Assembly: GCA_951406725.2 (NCBI GenBank)
Contig: OX597814.1
Coordinates: 154,938,001-155,002,000 of the forward strand
From: Octopus vulgaris
Taxonomy: Eukaryota
DNA length: 64,000 bases
Reading direction: 5' to 3'
Position 1 is the stretch's first letter, and each line of letters begins with the position of its first letter. A program made the translations under genes and the position numbers. Below, piece after piece: positions 25,604 through 38,214 of this stretch. The notes under the pieces were generated by a model. The model had not been told where the DNA came from. It worked only from the letters and a program-made list of their open reading frames with translations, and ran no database searches.

Positions 25604-26267
25604 CATTAGACTACATATAAAATATTATCTTCTCAGCTGTGAGCAATAATAGTATTGTTCATATCACGGAACAGAACTTATGTTAATTTTGTGTGGCATT
25701 ATGTAAATGAGAGCCACTATAATTTCTGGATATGTGGGGATTATATGGATTAAAAATTACTTTGGTTAAGATGTGGATTTGAAAAATATTTCTAAGGCAA
25801 GTGAAACAAGAGTTCATCCATTATATGAGTGAAACGCATATGAATATCTCAAATGTGGGCCTTGAGATGTTTATATGGTTGTAAATAGATAGCTAGAAAA
25901 CGGTGCAACATTTTGATTAACCATCCATTTAGTGATCTCTGTAGAGAGATAGAGAAAGATAAAGAGGAAGGGTAAGAGAGAGTGAGAATATAAAAGAGAA
26001 AGAGAGCGGGAGAGTAAGGGAGACAGGGGTAAGAGTGAGAGAGAAAGAGAGAGTGAGTGAGAAAGAGAGAGCAAGACTATAACAAAAACAGGGAAAAAAA
26101 GGAAAGAGTCGCATGCTGGTTTTTCTCCGTGTACTCAAGGTCTGTCTCTATAACCACGAGACAGCAGGCTACCCTTCTGAGGTAACATTCCTTTCCACTG
26201 ATCTTCAAATGCGAACATCCATTCATCATACACGTATGCGTATATGTGTGTCTTGTATATTTTATCT

Positions 26268-26637
26268 CTTCTTTGATTCAGTTGCTAAACTGCAGCCATG
26301 CTGGAGCACCGCTTTGAAGGCCCACTACTAAATGTGTTAAAGCTTGGTACTTATTTTATCATTCGCGTTTGCCGAACTGCTAGAACACGAGGATGTAAAC
26401 CCACAAACACTAGTTGTTAAGCGGTGATGGGACACAAACACAGGGTCAAAGACACACACACACACACATACACATACACGACGTTGGCTATTTTTCAGTT
26501 TACGTCTACAAAATCCACTTACAAGACTTTGGTCGGACCGAGATTACAGCAGAAGACATTTGCCCAAGGTGTCCACACAGTGGGAATGAACCCGGTACCA
26601 TGTGGTTAGGACGCAAGCTTCTTACCACACAGCCACG
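26268..26637 (-). mobile_element. SINE family B
   Basis: Reverse complement CGTGGCTGTGTGGTAAGAAGCTTG..ACCTTGGGCAAATGTCTTC..GCGGTGCTCCAGCATGGCTGCAG. Confidence 0.85.
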
Positions 26638-27653
26638 TCGTCTGGGACATATGCTAATACGCATGCGGTACGGGAGTGTACATGTTTGTGCTTTTGTGGT
26701 GTAGCTGGTGGTGTTTGAGTTGGAATGAGTGAGTGGCTTTGCAGAGTGACATTTCTTTTATTTCACTGTGACTGCGAAAAGTCAGACTTTTTAATTTGCA
26801 ATATATAAAGTCCTCTGTGCGTAACATATATTTTCCGGTACTACAGATATTACACTTTGATCATAGCCAAAAAGCCGGCTAGAAATCCCTGTATAAAGTA
26901 CTATCATAACTAACTGGGAGACCTTTTATCTTTCTGTGAACGGTAGTTATGATAAAATTAGTTAAGTAAATAAAGCGTGGTGCTACTAATTCTTTTGCCT
27001 ATACCTTGACCTCTAAAAGAAATCACAATGATGTTAAAAGTTAATAATACCATTTCAATTAATTAATAAAATAACATTAATCTTATTTACGGAAATATTA
27101 ATATGTTGATAGTTATTACTGATATTTAACAATTTTAGAACAATTCATACACAATGCAATTAAACAGCTGAAATTATAATGGGGAACGCTGCCAGTTTTC
27201 TGTTTTGTTTTGTTTTCTTGTTTTTCTTATTCTTTTCATTAAACATTTACACAGATTGAAATCTCATTAAGTTTAGTTATTGTTTAAAATAAATAATTAA
27301 TGAATTAGTTAATTTAAGATTAAGCCAAGATTGTTCAAATAATACATTTGTAATACTCAGATGGAAGTGACTGTATACAGATTGTAGTGTGGTTAAGAAA
27401 AGCATGTCAGCAACGCAGGTTCGCATCTTTATTCTCCATACCTACCCGTTTAAAGATATGAATTTTGCCCGGCTGAAATGCTCAAGACTGCGATAAACAT
27501 TGAAACATTTTAAAAAACTTTATTACACGCAATCATGAATGGTGAAGGACATGTGGAATGAAAAGTAAATAACCAGTTTCTTTTCTCGATGCACTTTAAA
27601 TCCACATTTACGTATTGTTTTAAACACAAAGCATTCTATTGGAAGTTGTTGAC

Positions 27654-27750
<97 letters not shown>

Positions 27751-27828
27751 ATTTGTATGACAGTTTGTATGTATATATGTGTGTGCGCGCGCGTTGTCGC
27801 TCATATATATATATACATATATATATAC

Positions 27829-27859
<31 letters not shown>

Positions 27860-28000
27860 GGTACATATGCATGCATGTGTTTATGTATGTATGTATGCAT
27901 GTATGTATGTATGTATGTATGTATGTATGTATGTATGTATGTATGTATGTATGTATGTATGTATGTATGTAGGTAGGTAGGTAGGTAGGTAGGTAGGTAT
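27654..28000. repeat. Compound (CTAT)n/(TA)n/(TATG)n/(TAGG)n microsatellite
   Basis: Direct observation. Confidence 0.95.
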
Positions 28001-28019
28001 GTTTAGACTTAATGCTTCC

Positions 28020-28315
28020 ACTTCTTCCACTTTTGAGTTCAAATCCAGCTGATGTCGATTTCATCCTTTCGAAGTCGATAAAACACAAAATAAGTACCTG
28101 TCAAGTACTGGTGGTGGTGATGGGGCGGGTGTGTAATCAGTTCCCCTCCCATCAAAATTGATGGCCTTGTACAAAAATTAGAAAGAACATTTTTATGTAG
28201 ACGCAGCCGTGGCTATGTGGTAAGAAATGTGCTTCCCAACCACGTGGTTCCAGGTTCGGTCCCGCTGCATGGTAGCTTACACAAGTATTTTGCGCCATAA
28301 CTCTGAGTCGACCGA
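28020..28315 (+). mobile_element. Adjacent degraded SINE A fragment and SINE B 5' fragment
   Basis: TTGAGTTCAAATCC..CATCCTTTCGAAGTCGATAA followed by CGTGGCTATGTGGTAAG..CTTCCCAACCAC. Confidence 0.7.
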
Positions 28316-30014
28316 TACGTGTGTATTACCAGTTAGTTGTCCATAAGTCAAAAATAAAGCTACACTCAATATAAGTAAGAGGGCAGGTATGTTTTCATAT
28401 CATCAAAAATACATTAATTGTTATGGCATAAGACGGGTGAGAATGTTACTAATAGTTTTGCACCAATATTGCCACGAGACTGATGACTCTTCTGTCAACA
28501 TGTTGGCTAGGACTCCAGAGCCTCTTTTATGCTTGAGGTATATGGACTCTAGGTTGGCTTGATGGTGATAAACAAGTGAGAACGAAATCGAGAGTAGCAT
28601 TATTTTAGGGTAGGAAAGAAGTATTATTCTCTATGGATTGATGTTAGTCATAGTTGAATTGTGTAAGCTGCATATGTATCGTTCAAAAAACATACATGAC
28701 CACACCACCAAAATGAATTTGTGTTTGTCATACCAAGCATCAAAAATGTTAGTTAACATTCCTAAACCTCTGAAAAAGGCAGGAAGCTCATGTTGAGGTC
28801 ACAGAAAGTACCCATTAATCGACGACTCATATGCGGGAATACGACGGGATCAGGGTGAATAATCACGGAGACTGTTTTAGGATTCAGAAAAGGCGTAATA
28901 TCAAAAATTTAGCCAGATACAAATATAGTTATTGAAAGGGGAAGCAACGCCATATAACATAAAATAGAGGTTGTTTGAACAATCAAAGTTGTACTTTGAT
29001 AGAAGCAAGTCATGCATGCATTGTTTGGTGGACCATAGAATTATTCTAAAATAATAATACGATGTGGGCGCCTTCCTGAGCACGAAAAGTGAAATATTCG
29101 GATACTGCCTTTATGAAGGGTAATTTTATTTGGTAGGGTTTTGAACTCGGGAATGTTAAGGCACACAGCTTTCGCAATTCACCCATGGATAATACTAGTG
29201 GGAAAGAGCTCTTACTTTCTCTTCACTAATGTTTTCGACGAAATTTCGTTCCACGCTTTTGATACCATGGTGCCAAACTCTTGCCTAAAAATGGCTATGC
29301 TCTTCCGGTAGCATGACTGAAGTGTTGTGGACATGGTCCAGTACGAGATATTCTGACAGTTGTATGGCATAATCAGACAGTTGTATGGTATAATCATGAT
29401 ATCAACTAATGTGTGTGTGTGTGTGCGTATGTGTGCGTGTGTGTGTGTGTGTGTATGTGTGTATGTACGTGCGCGTGTGTGTGATGTTGTTAGGTAGGGT
29501 AAAATCTCAGCTGTTTCCTCTAAAAGCACATCTGCTTATTCAGTTATTACAATATGCAGTTGTCGTTTTTGTACAGATGCAAAGTAAAGCTAAAAATCCC
29601 GAAAACATTGTTTGCAGAGTTATTGTATAACAAAACAGGAAGTCGGAAAATTTATTGGTATTTTTTAAATCACCATTACACATGTTTCATTTGCTAATAG
29701 GAATTGCAGAGTTTTACGTTTCAGACAGAAATGTAAGCGATTTCAGAAATTCTTCAGACAGAGAAATTAGGTTATATTATTTAATTTTTCATTTGATGTT
29801 ATTTAATTTTTCTGTCTGCAGAATTTCTAATAGAAAACTCTTTATATAGCTATTTAACATCTAAAACTCTGTAATTACTATAAGCAAATGAAATGTGTGT
29901 AATGTTGGTGAAAAAATAATATCAAGAAATTTACCAACTTCCTGTCTTCTTACACAATAACTCTGCAATATATATATATATATACATACATACATACATA
30001 CATACATACATACA

Positions 30015-30048
<34 letters not shown>

Positions 30049-30064
30049 CATATTCTAACAAAAA

Positions 30065-30134
30065 CTGTCCGATGAACGGCAACGGGAAACTCAGAGTAAC
30101 AGGTTTTGTTGAATTTTCTGCTGCTTTAAATAAA

Positions 30135-30135
<1 letters not shown>
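30065..30135 (+). ncRNA. Minimal hammerhead-like motif in a PLE-type tail
   Basis: CTGT-CCGATGA-ACGGCAACGG-GAAAC-TCAGA-GTA-ACAG; 4-bp stem I CTGT/ACAG; core U4C change; AATAAA then (TA)n. Confidence 0.5.
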
Positions 30136-30189
<54 letters not shown>

Positions 30190-30299
30190 ATAAAATATTA
30201 GGGAATAAATCTAAACTTACAGGGGAAAAATCAGATTTAGGATTAAATCCAATTTTATAGTATAAATATATTATATTATATTAAATTAGAGATAAAAAT

Positions 30300-30333
<34 letters not shown>

Positions 30334-30385
30334 ACATGCATATGTATACCTACACATATATATATATGAAATATATATATATGAA

Positions 30386-30618
30386 AAGGCGACGAGCTGG
30401 TAGAAACGGTAGCACGCCGGGCGAAATGCGTAGCCGTTTTTTGTCTGCCGTTACGTTCTGAGTTCAAATTCCGCCGAGGTCGACTTTGCCTTTCATCCTT
30501 TCGGGGTCGATAAATTAAGTACCAGTTACGCACTGGGGTCGATGGAATCGACTTAAACGCTTTGTCTGTCCTTGTTTGTCCCCTCTGTGATTAGCCCCTA
30601 GTGGGTAGTAAAGAAATA
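30386..30618 (+). mobile_element. SINE family A, well preserved
   Basis: AAGGCGACGAGCTGGTAGAAACG..GAGTTCAAATTCCGCCGAGGTCGACTTTGCCTTTCATCC..AGCCCCTAGTGGGTAGTAAAGAAAT. Confidence 0.92.
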
Positions 30619-30858
30619 TATATATATATGAAATATACGTATATGTGTATGTGTGTGCGCCTGTGTGTGCATGCGTATCTATCTCTAAACAAATAAATAG
30701 ATAGATATAAACACACTCAGCAAGATAGATCCGATGTAATCCACAATAGTTCTCCGAAGCAATCCGAAACGGCAATCCAGGAGAAACCGTCTTGGTATTC
30801 TAGGAGATATTTATAGCATAAACAACACATACAAAAATACACACGAATAGACTGACAG

Positions 30859-30890
<32 letters not shown>

Positions 30891-30892
30891 AA

Positions 30893-30923
<31 letters not shown>

Positions 30924-31393
30924 CACACACAGACAAACACACAAACACGCACACACACTCACGCATGTATTCATATGTACATATGTACATAAAACTGTTT
31001 ATATATATGTATACACAAATACTCGCATACAAACACACACATAAATGTCAATATCAATATACATATAAATACATATAAATACCAATATCAATATGCATAT
31101 AAACACACACGTATATACACGCACATACTTAAATGTGTGTAACTATATGTAGATTTTTGTCTGTGTGTGTGTGAACGTAAGAATGAAACAAACGGTGCGA
31201 TGTAATATGTCCATAAAATCTGTAAGAATTTCGAAGCAAAATTTCAAAACCTATCCTTTTCTCTTAATACGGCGGCGTTTAAGTACAGCCTCCATCACAG
31301 TTCCTCAATATCATTGGCGTTATACCTCCACCCGTCTTCGCAAAGCCAAAAAAGTCATTGCCACAAACGGTATCATAACAGACTTCAACTATC

Positions 31394-31548
31394 GTGGTGG
31401 TGGTCGTGGTTGTGGTCGTCATCGTCGTCTTTGTCATCATGATCATCATCATCATCACCATCATCATCACCATCACCATCACCATCACCATCATCATCAT
31501 CATCATCACCATCACCATCATCATCATCATCATCACCATCACCATCAC

Positions 31549-31589
<41 letters not shown>

Positions 31590-31662
31590 CCATCACCATC
31601 ATCATCATCATCGTCACCATCACCATCACCATCACCATCATCATCATCATCATCACCATCAC

Positions 31663-31715
<53 letters not shown>

Positions 31716-31762
31716 TCATCATCAACAACAACAACGACGACAACAACAACGGCACCACCACT
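31394..31762. repeat. (CAT/CAC)n trinucleotide repeat
   Basis: Direct observation; source of the poly-His, poly-Met and poly-Ile ORFs. Confidence 0.95.
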
Positions 31763-32056
31763 ACCTGAGTTATTTCCACATTACTCTTTCTCCATAGCTG
31801 CAAGTCTAATTTCTCTATGCGTCCGTCTGTCTGTCTCCACCGTTGACTATAATTACGGATTGCCAAAAGTGCTATATTGTCTCATCCCCCCTCCTCTCAC
31901 CCCACTCCACACTTCCAATGTTTTGCTGTTTCTTACAAGAATCCAATTTTACTTGGTTATTATTGGAAATATTAATGTTTGAAACGGATTATGATTACTA
32001 ACCTCAGCTGTTGGCGATAAATAATTAAGATACATAAGCATTTCTTTTTATAAATG

Positions 32057-32127
<71 letters not shown>

Positions 32128-32380
32128 ATATCTTAGTATTCTCAGTTCCGCTAGGTTTTTCAAAACTTCCATTTTGCAAATTCTTTAGAACCTGGAATGT
32201 TGAAGGCATTTTTAAATATTAGCACATATACACATATGCATAGCCGTATGTAAAACCATAAACACATATAATCAACACACAAAGCCCCCTCCCCTCTTGT
32301 ATGTACGTATACGTACACGAATGTGTGTGTATGTGTGTGTGTGTGTGTGTGTGCATGTATATGTATATAATATATATATA

Positions 32381-32465
32381 TCTGAGCGTCCAATAACACT
32401 ATACTTGTTCCACGTCCTCGCGTTGTTGTGTTTTCTCTTTGTGTTTTCATGTTTGGATTAACTAT
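32381..32465 (+). mobile_element. PLE-type 3' tail fragment in (TA)n
   Basis: CTGAGCGTCCAATAACACT..GTTCCACGTCCTCGCGTTG..TTTGGATTAACTATA; near-identical to the reverse complement of 35262-35343. Confidence 0.7.
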
Positions 32466-32499
32466 ATATATATATATATATATATATGGGTGGGAGGTA

Positions 32500-33760
32500 T
32501 AACTTCTTTCTGAAATGTAAACCTTTCATCTCATTATCTCTAACCTATCTTTACTACTCAGGCTACACTTCAAATTCTAACTTTTGTTTCACGAAGTTAG
32601 TGTCTACAATCACGGAGAATCAACATTCTCAAAAACTCATTTCTTGTCTGTCGCCTGTTTTTTTTCCCTCTAGATTTTTCGCCATCATTCCCAATTGTAT
32701 ACATTGTTTCTTTTACTCATCTCCAAACTTTCTCAACAAACATCAATTGTTTCAATACCTCTCATTATGGATCAGTTCTGATGTCATCACTTCGGTGACT
32801 TTCATGCATATACTTCCTCTCTCTCTCATATTCTTCCAACGCTGGCAGTGAAACATTTGCTATCCTGAATTGTCTCTATACTAACTATATTCACGTTTAA
32901 CTGTCTTTAAATGAAACGCTGACTTTCACTTTCTCTATCTCTTCTACCTATATCCCTAATCCATCAATTATAGCCCGTTCACAGTTTCTGTTATTATCGA
33001 ATCCACTTATTCCTAGTCATTCAGCTTCACATCATTTTATGGTGCAATAAATTTTGTCACACAAACCCATTAGTCCTTTAAATCGCTTAACTAGTTAAAC
33101 TATGCTAAATACACGCTGACTACCCATAAAGGTAAATCTGTTTTATCTCTGATCCATCCAAGACAAATAAACAGGGACCCGGTAGCAACCACCTAGGGAT
33201 GTTTCGACAATGTATGCGCTCAACTCCAACTAAATGGTCAGCATGCAACTGCACTGTATCTGTACAAACATGAAAATCTGTTTGCAGCATACACCAGAAA
33301 CATTAACTGAGATGCTTTCCTTTACCAGTATCACCGATGTAAATGATAACAGTGTACGTCGCAGATTGCAATCGAGTTTTCTGCTCTCTAATCATGGTCC
33401 CTACAAAATTTGATAATACTTCTACATTCTGTATTATGAGTATCACTGCTACAGAATAGTCAATATTTCTTTTAAATTTCCCCTGTACTTCTTTGAAAAT
33501 TCTTATAACTATTCTTCACGCACACGAATTCTCCTCTTATCACAAAAGTTCATCCCTGGTTATTCCAGTCAAATAATTCGACTCGTTCTGAGTACCTTCT
33601 TTTTATTTTTCAAACTGTATTACAAAGCAAATTCAATCTCACCATCGACTTCAACTTTTATCTATTCCCGGTTATCTATTATATGCATTAGCAAAACCAA
33701 CAGTGCCTTATATCCCGAAAATGATACTTTTGTCAACATCCCAAAAGGATGAAGATATGA
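32500..33760 (-). mobile_element. Highly degraded RTE-like LINE fragment
   Basis: Minus-strand EGK..GDRQ..F-like C-terminal segment near 32640-32680; purine-skewed decayed coding texture. Confidence 0.35.
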
Positions 33761-34469
33761 CTATTCTCATTATTATTATGAATTTCTTCCCCTTTCTTTG
33801 TGGTTAGCCGCACGTCTTTATGAGGTCAAATCTTTTACTTAGAATCATATGATTCTGGATAAAAAGCAATCGGAAAACTTGAAATAATTATTAACAAAGG
33901 CAAAGTCTGACCTAAGCAAAAATGACGAATCATTCATTGTATCTAAATGCAATGATGATCGATGTGGTACATGTCAGCTCATACATACCAGTCAATATAA
34001 GAACACAAAAACCGGAAGAATATTTACAAATGCAAATATGAACTGCAAAATCAGAAATTTAATAACTGCATCAAATGCCCGAATTGTGAAGAGATATACG
34101 TTGGCCAGATTGGGAATGCATTATCGGAACGTTCACGTGTGCTACACCAGCAAATTAGGGACCTTGATGCCCAACAGATCCCTTTCAGCAACCATCTGGC
34201 AACATGAGGTCAGAAAAAGTTTATAATATTCGCTTTCTACAAACTACGTAACCCAATAATAATGACATTAATAAACAAGCTTTCTGGATGTACAATTCTC
34301 CGTCCTTATTTTAAAGTTTTACACACACATATGTATATATAAGGAGAGAGACAGAGAGAGAAAGAGAAGAGAGGAAGAAAGAGAGATTAGGTCGTTGGAC
34401 AAATGCACTTCATTCCACCCCCACCCCCATTAATATTAATCCTTATTTTCCATCAACAATTTTAACAAA

Positions 34470-34625
34470 ACAATCAATAGTATAATATTCATCCTTGTTC
34501 ACTTCTTGTCAATATTCCACAGGCTTGTCAATGCCTTGATGGTAGAAATCACCGGGTCTTAACCACAAGAATTCCTCGATCCACCTTTTCAGCTTCTTAA
34601 CTATGTTGAACGAAACGTCTAGCAG
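34470..34625 (-). mobile_element. Mariner transposase C-terminal remnant
   Basis: Minus-strand LKRWIEEFL..FYHQGIDK..EYYTID resembles the mariner FY..GI.KL..RW tail. Confidence 0.5.
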
Positions 34626-35209
34626 ACTTTTGGAATGCGACCGAGAAAGGTGATAAACTGAAGGTGCTTTATAAGCAGAATACGGTTGGTGCGCTGGAAT
34701 TTCCCAATGTTCTTAAGAACTCAGAATACCAAACATTCTTTGAAGAAAGGACAGGGCGCATATTGAAGAGCCAAACAACTATTTCTTTTGTGTTCACGTG
34801 AGTGCATTTGTGTTCATGTGAGTGTAATGAGTGTATATGTATACATACTTACAGATGCATACTCATATTCATTGTCGATAAGGCTCAACTACATATTTTT
34901 TCATGCCCTTTGCCTTGTCTGTTCCAGTGATTAAGACTTGACTACGTATCCGTTCCTGTTCCTTGCGTCTTGACTTTACCATACCAATGACTAACAAGTG
35001 CATCGGACGTTTGTTGGCGTCCATAATATTAGTGATATGGTCTTATGGCGTTGAAACTGAGAAAATACGACACACACATCCTCTTTCCCTTACACATCAC
35101 ATTATTGTTTAAATTGCGTTCACCATGCTCTCTGTCTGTCTATCAGTCCGTCCGTCTGTTTGTAGTTTGTCTGTCTGCCTCTCTCTCTCTCTATATATAT
35201 ATATATACA

Positions 35210-35258
<49 letters not shown>

Positions 35259-35261
35259 TAT

Positions 35262-35468
35262 AGTTAAGCCAAACATGAAAACACAAAGAGAAAACACAGC
35301 AACGCGAGGACGTGGAACAAGTACAGTGTTATTGGACGCCCAGGAAAGAAGGAAAGAAGGAGGGTTTAACGTTTCGAGCGGAGCTCTTCTTCAGAAACAT
35401 ATGAAAAGGAAAGATCCAAAGAAGAGAAGACAGAGAAAAAAAATCGCCAACAGTACACACGCGGTCAC

Positions 35469-35470
<2 letters not shown>
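35262..35470 (-). mobile_element. PLE-type 3' tail with minimal hammerhead motif
   Basis: Minus strand GTTT-CTGAAGA-A-GAGC-TCC-GCTC-GAAAC-GTT-AAAC (35364-35398); flanked on both sides by (TA)n. Confidence 0.7.
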
Positions 35471-35514
<44 letters not shown>

Positions 35515-35539
35515 GCTCAAATATTTCCTCTCTCTTGTG

Positions 35540-35873
35540 GAGATTGTTGCTGGAGCTGGAATCAGCCATGGGTCCGTTCACGTTCGTCAGGCTTCCTACT
35601 CCCACAACTTGACTCTGTGTAACTGTTGGTTATTCCCAAAGCTCAAAAAAATAAAAACGCTGGAAGGGAGAAAATTTGAGGCAACAGATGACATTAAGCA
35701 AAATTCAACGGCACAGCTCTACAGCATCCCCAAAATTGATTTCCGGAAGTGTTTCCTGCAGTGATAGGGACGGTGGCACAAGTGTGTATATTCCCAAGGT
35801 GAGTACTTTGAAGGAGACTAAGTTAAAAATGTTTTTTGGCCAAAGGGTGGGTACTTTTTGATTAGACCTCATA
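35540..35873 (+). mobile_element. Mariner 3' remnant with TIR
   Basis: YSHNLTLCNCWLFPKLK (YSPDLAP.D motif), RKFEATDDIK, YSQGEYFEGD*; TIR-like GTACTTTTTGATTAGACCTCATA. Confidence 0.85.
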
Positions 35874-36300
35874 TATGTATGTATATATATATATATATAT
35901 ATATTCTAAGCGACATATTAATACTTATATATACATGTGTGTGTGCGTGTGTGTGTGTGTGTTTGTATACTTGTGTGTGTATGTGTGTGTGTGTACATGC
36001 AAGTATATTATATAAAACTGCTTGTAATGTATCCATAAGCAGTGACTGTAACAAATATTCGAGCTATTAATATGCTAACAGAAAAGTCAGTGAGAGGAAG
36101 AGAGAGAAGGGGGAGATAGATAGATTTAGAGAGGAAGAGAGAGGGAGACACACAGAAAGTGGAAAGGATATATAAGTTGGAAGGAGAAGATGATGATGGT
36201 GGCGGTGTTCTTATTGTTGTTGGTGGTGATGTTAGTGGTGGGTAGAGGAGATAAATTAATAGAAACGTTATATTGAAATCAAAAGTAAAAGAGAAGTGAG

Positions 36301-36347
<47 letters not shown>

Positions 36348-36369
36348 CGTGAGAGAGAGGGTGTGTGTA

Positions 36370-36400
<31 letters not shown>

Positions 36401-36596
36401 GAGAGTGAGAGAGAGTGCGTGAGAGAGAGGGTGTGTGTATGTGTGTGTGTGTGTGAGAGAGAGAGAGCAATGAATGAAAGAAGAAATAAGTGCAAACGTG
36501 GGATTTGCAGAGTGTGGAGGACGGGGCAGAGCCCATGACTCTTGCAGCCACTAAAAAACTGGTGAGATTGATGTTGTTGACGTTTTGTGTGAACTG

Positions 36597-37323
36597 ATGG
36601 TGTGATTGTGTGCAAGAAACTTCCTTCCCAACCACCTGGTCCCGGATTCAGTCCTACTCCGTGGCACCTTGAGCAAGTGTCTCTACTATAGCCTCAGGCC
36701 TACCAGTTGTGAGTGCATTTGGTAGACGGAAATTGAAAGAAGCTCGTCGTATATATATTATATATATATAAGATTCAGTTGAATTAGGTACTTAAATTGA
36801 TACACCTTGCTATTTCGGTATAGTCCGCACACCTCAACAATATTATTTCAATATTGAATATCAAGACTTCGTGTAGGGGTGTTTGTACCTAATATTCCTG
36901 TCGTATGTACAGACAACTCAACCCAGCTAACTGAAGATATCCGCTCTTGGTATTTCGGACATGTACTTTTTTATATAAAGATACTTTCTATAGTATTTCC
37001 GAAGTACAGATTCCAAGTTAGGCGAACAGAATATAAAATAATTACAAAGATGTACAGGTGTCTATTCATTACGGCCGTTTCAAGCCGCGTGAGTGTGTGT
37101 GTCTGGGTGTGTGTGTGTTTCTGTCTGCGGTTGTCCCACCACCACCACTTTGCAACCAGTGCTCGTGAGTTTACAGCCCATTAACATTAGTGGTTCGGCA
37201 AAAGAGATCGATAGAATAAGTACCTGGTTTAAGACAAAAAATAAGTGCTGGGGTCGGTTCATTCGGCCAAAATTTCTTCAAGGCCCCAGTATGGCCGCAG
37301 TCTAATGACTAAAACAAGTAAAA
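36597..37323 (+). mobile_element. SINE family B split by a ~330-bp insert in its TA tract
   Basis: 5' half at 36597-36750 and 3' half at 37083-37323 match the family. Confidence 0.75.
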
Positions 37324-37329
37324 GTAGCA

Positions 37330-37990
37330 GGTAAAAGGTAATATCTCACACAAAGACATGAGCGGGGACAAGATTCCAAGGAGACGATGTTCTAGGAAAG
37401 AAGAATTGAATATTTTGATAATTACAAGAATTGGTGCGTTGAACGCACTCAGAGTTACGAGAGGTGGGAGGACGGATGAGTCTGGCTTGTCAGAATAACT
37501 TAGACTTGAGACGGCGAGCTGGTAGAAACGCCGGGGGAAATGCTTAGCGGTATTTCGTCTGCCGTTACGTTCTGAGTTCAAATTACGCCGAGGTCGACTT
37601 TGCCTTTCATCCTTTCGGGGTCGATTAAATAAGCACCAGTTACGTACTGGGGTCGATATAATCGACTTAATCCGTCTGTCTGTCCTCTCTGTGTTTAGCC
37701 CCTTCTGGGTAGCAAAGAAATAGGTATTTCGTCTGCTGTTACGTTCTGAGTTCAAATTCCGCTGAGGTCGACTTTGCCTTTCATCCTTTCGGGGTCGATA
37801 AATTAAGTACCAGTTATGCACTGGGGTCGATGTAATCGACTTAATCCCTTTGTCTGTCCTTGTTTGTCCCCTCTATGTTTAGCTCCTTGTGGGCAATAAA
37901 GAAATAAGAATGACTTAGACTCGAGACCAGTGACTCTGAGGAGCGGAGGCCATTATAGTAGCTGATAAAAATGTCAGATTTTGTAGTGCG
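37330..37990 (-). mobile_element. CR1/Jockey-group LINE 3' fragment (host of the SINE dimer)
   Basis: Minus-strand YNGL.SSE and F.PRTS..WNL.P.HVF-like C-terminal motifs on either side of the SINE. Confidence 0.5.
37507..37906 (+). mobile_element. SINE family A with partial tandem duplication and ~15-bp TSD
   Basis: Second unit restarts at GGTATTTCGTCTG (~37723); TSD AGAATAACTTAGACT (37492) / AGAATGACTTAGACT (37907). Confidence 0.9.
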
Positions 37991-38214
37991 AAAAACGTTA
38001 TGAGAAAGACTGACAAATAATGGGAGAGAGTGGAAGAGATAGAATTATAGATAGATATATAAAGAAATAGAGAGAGGGGATAAAGAAAGAAGGAAAGAAG
38101 GAAGAAAAGAAGGGGAACAGTGACAGAAACATAGAAAGTAGGAGAGTATGTGTTTGTTTTTGGTCTTTTATCTTTTGCTTGTTTCAGTCAGTTGACTGTG
38201 GCCGTGTTGGGACT

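Noticed and set aside
31165-31866. Poly-His, poly-Met and poly-Ile ORFs
   Set aside because: Translations of a (CAT/CAC)n repeat on several frames; no convincing splice or domain context
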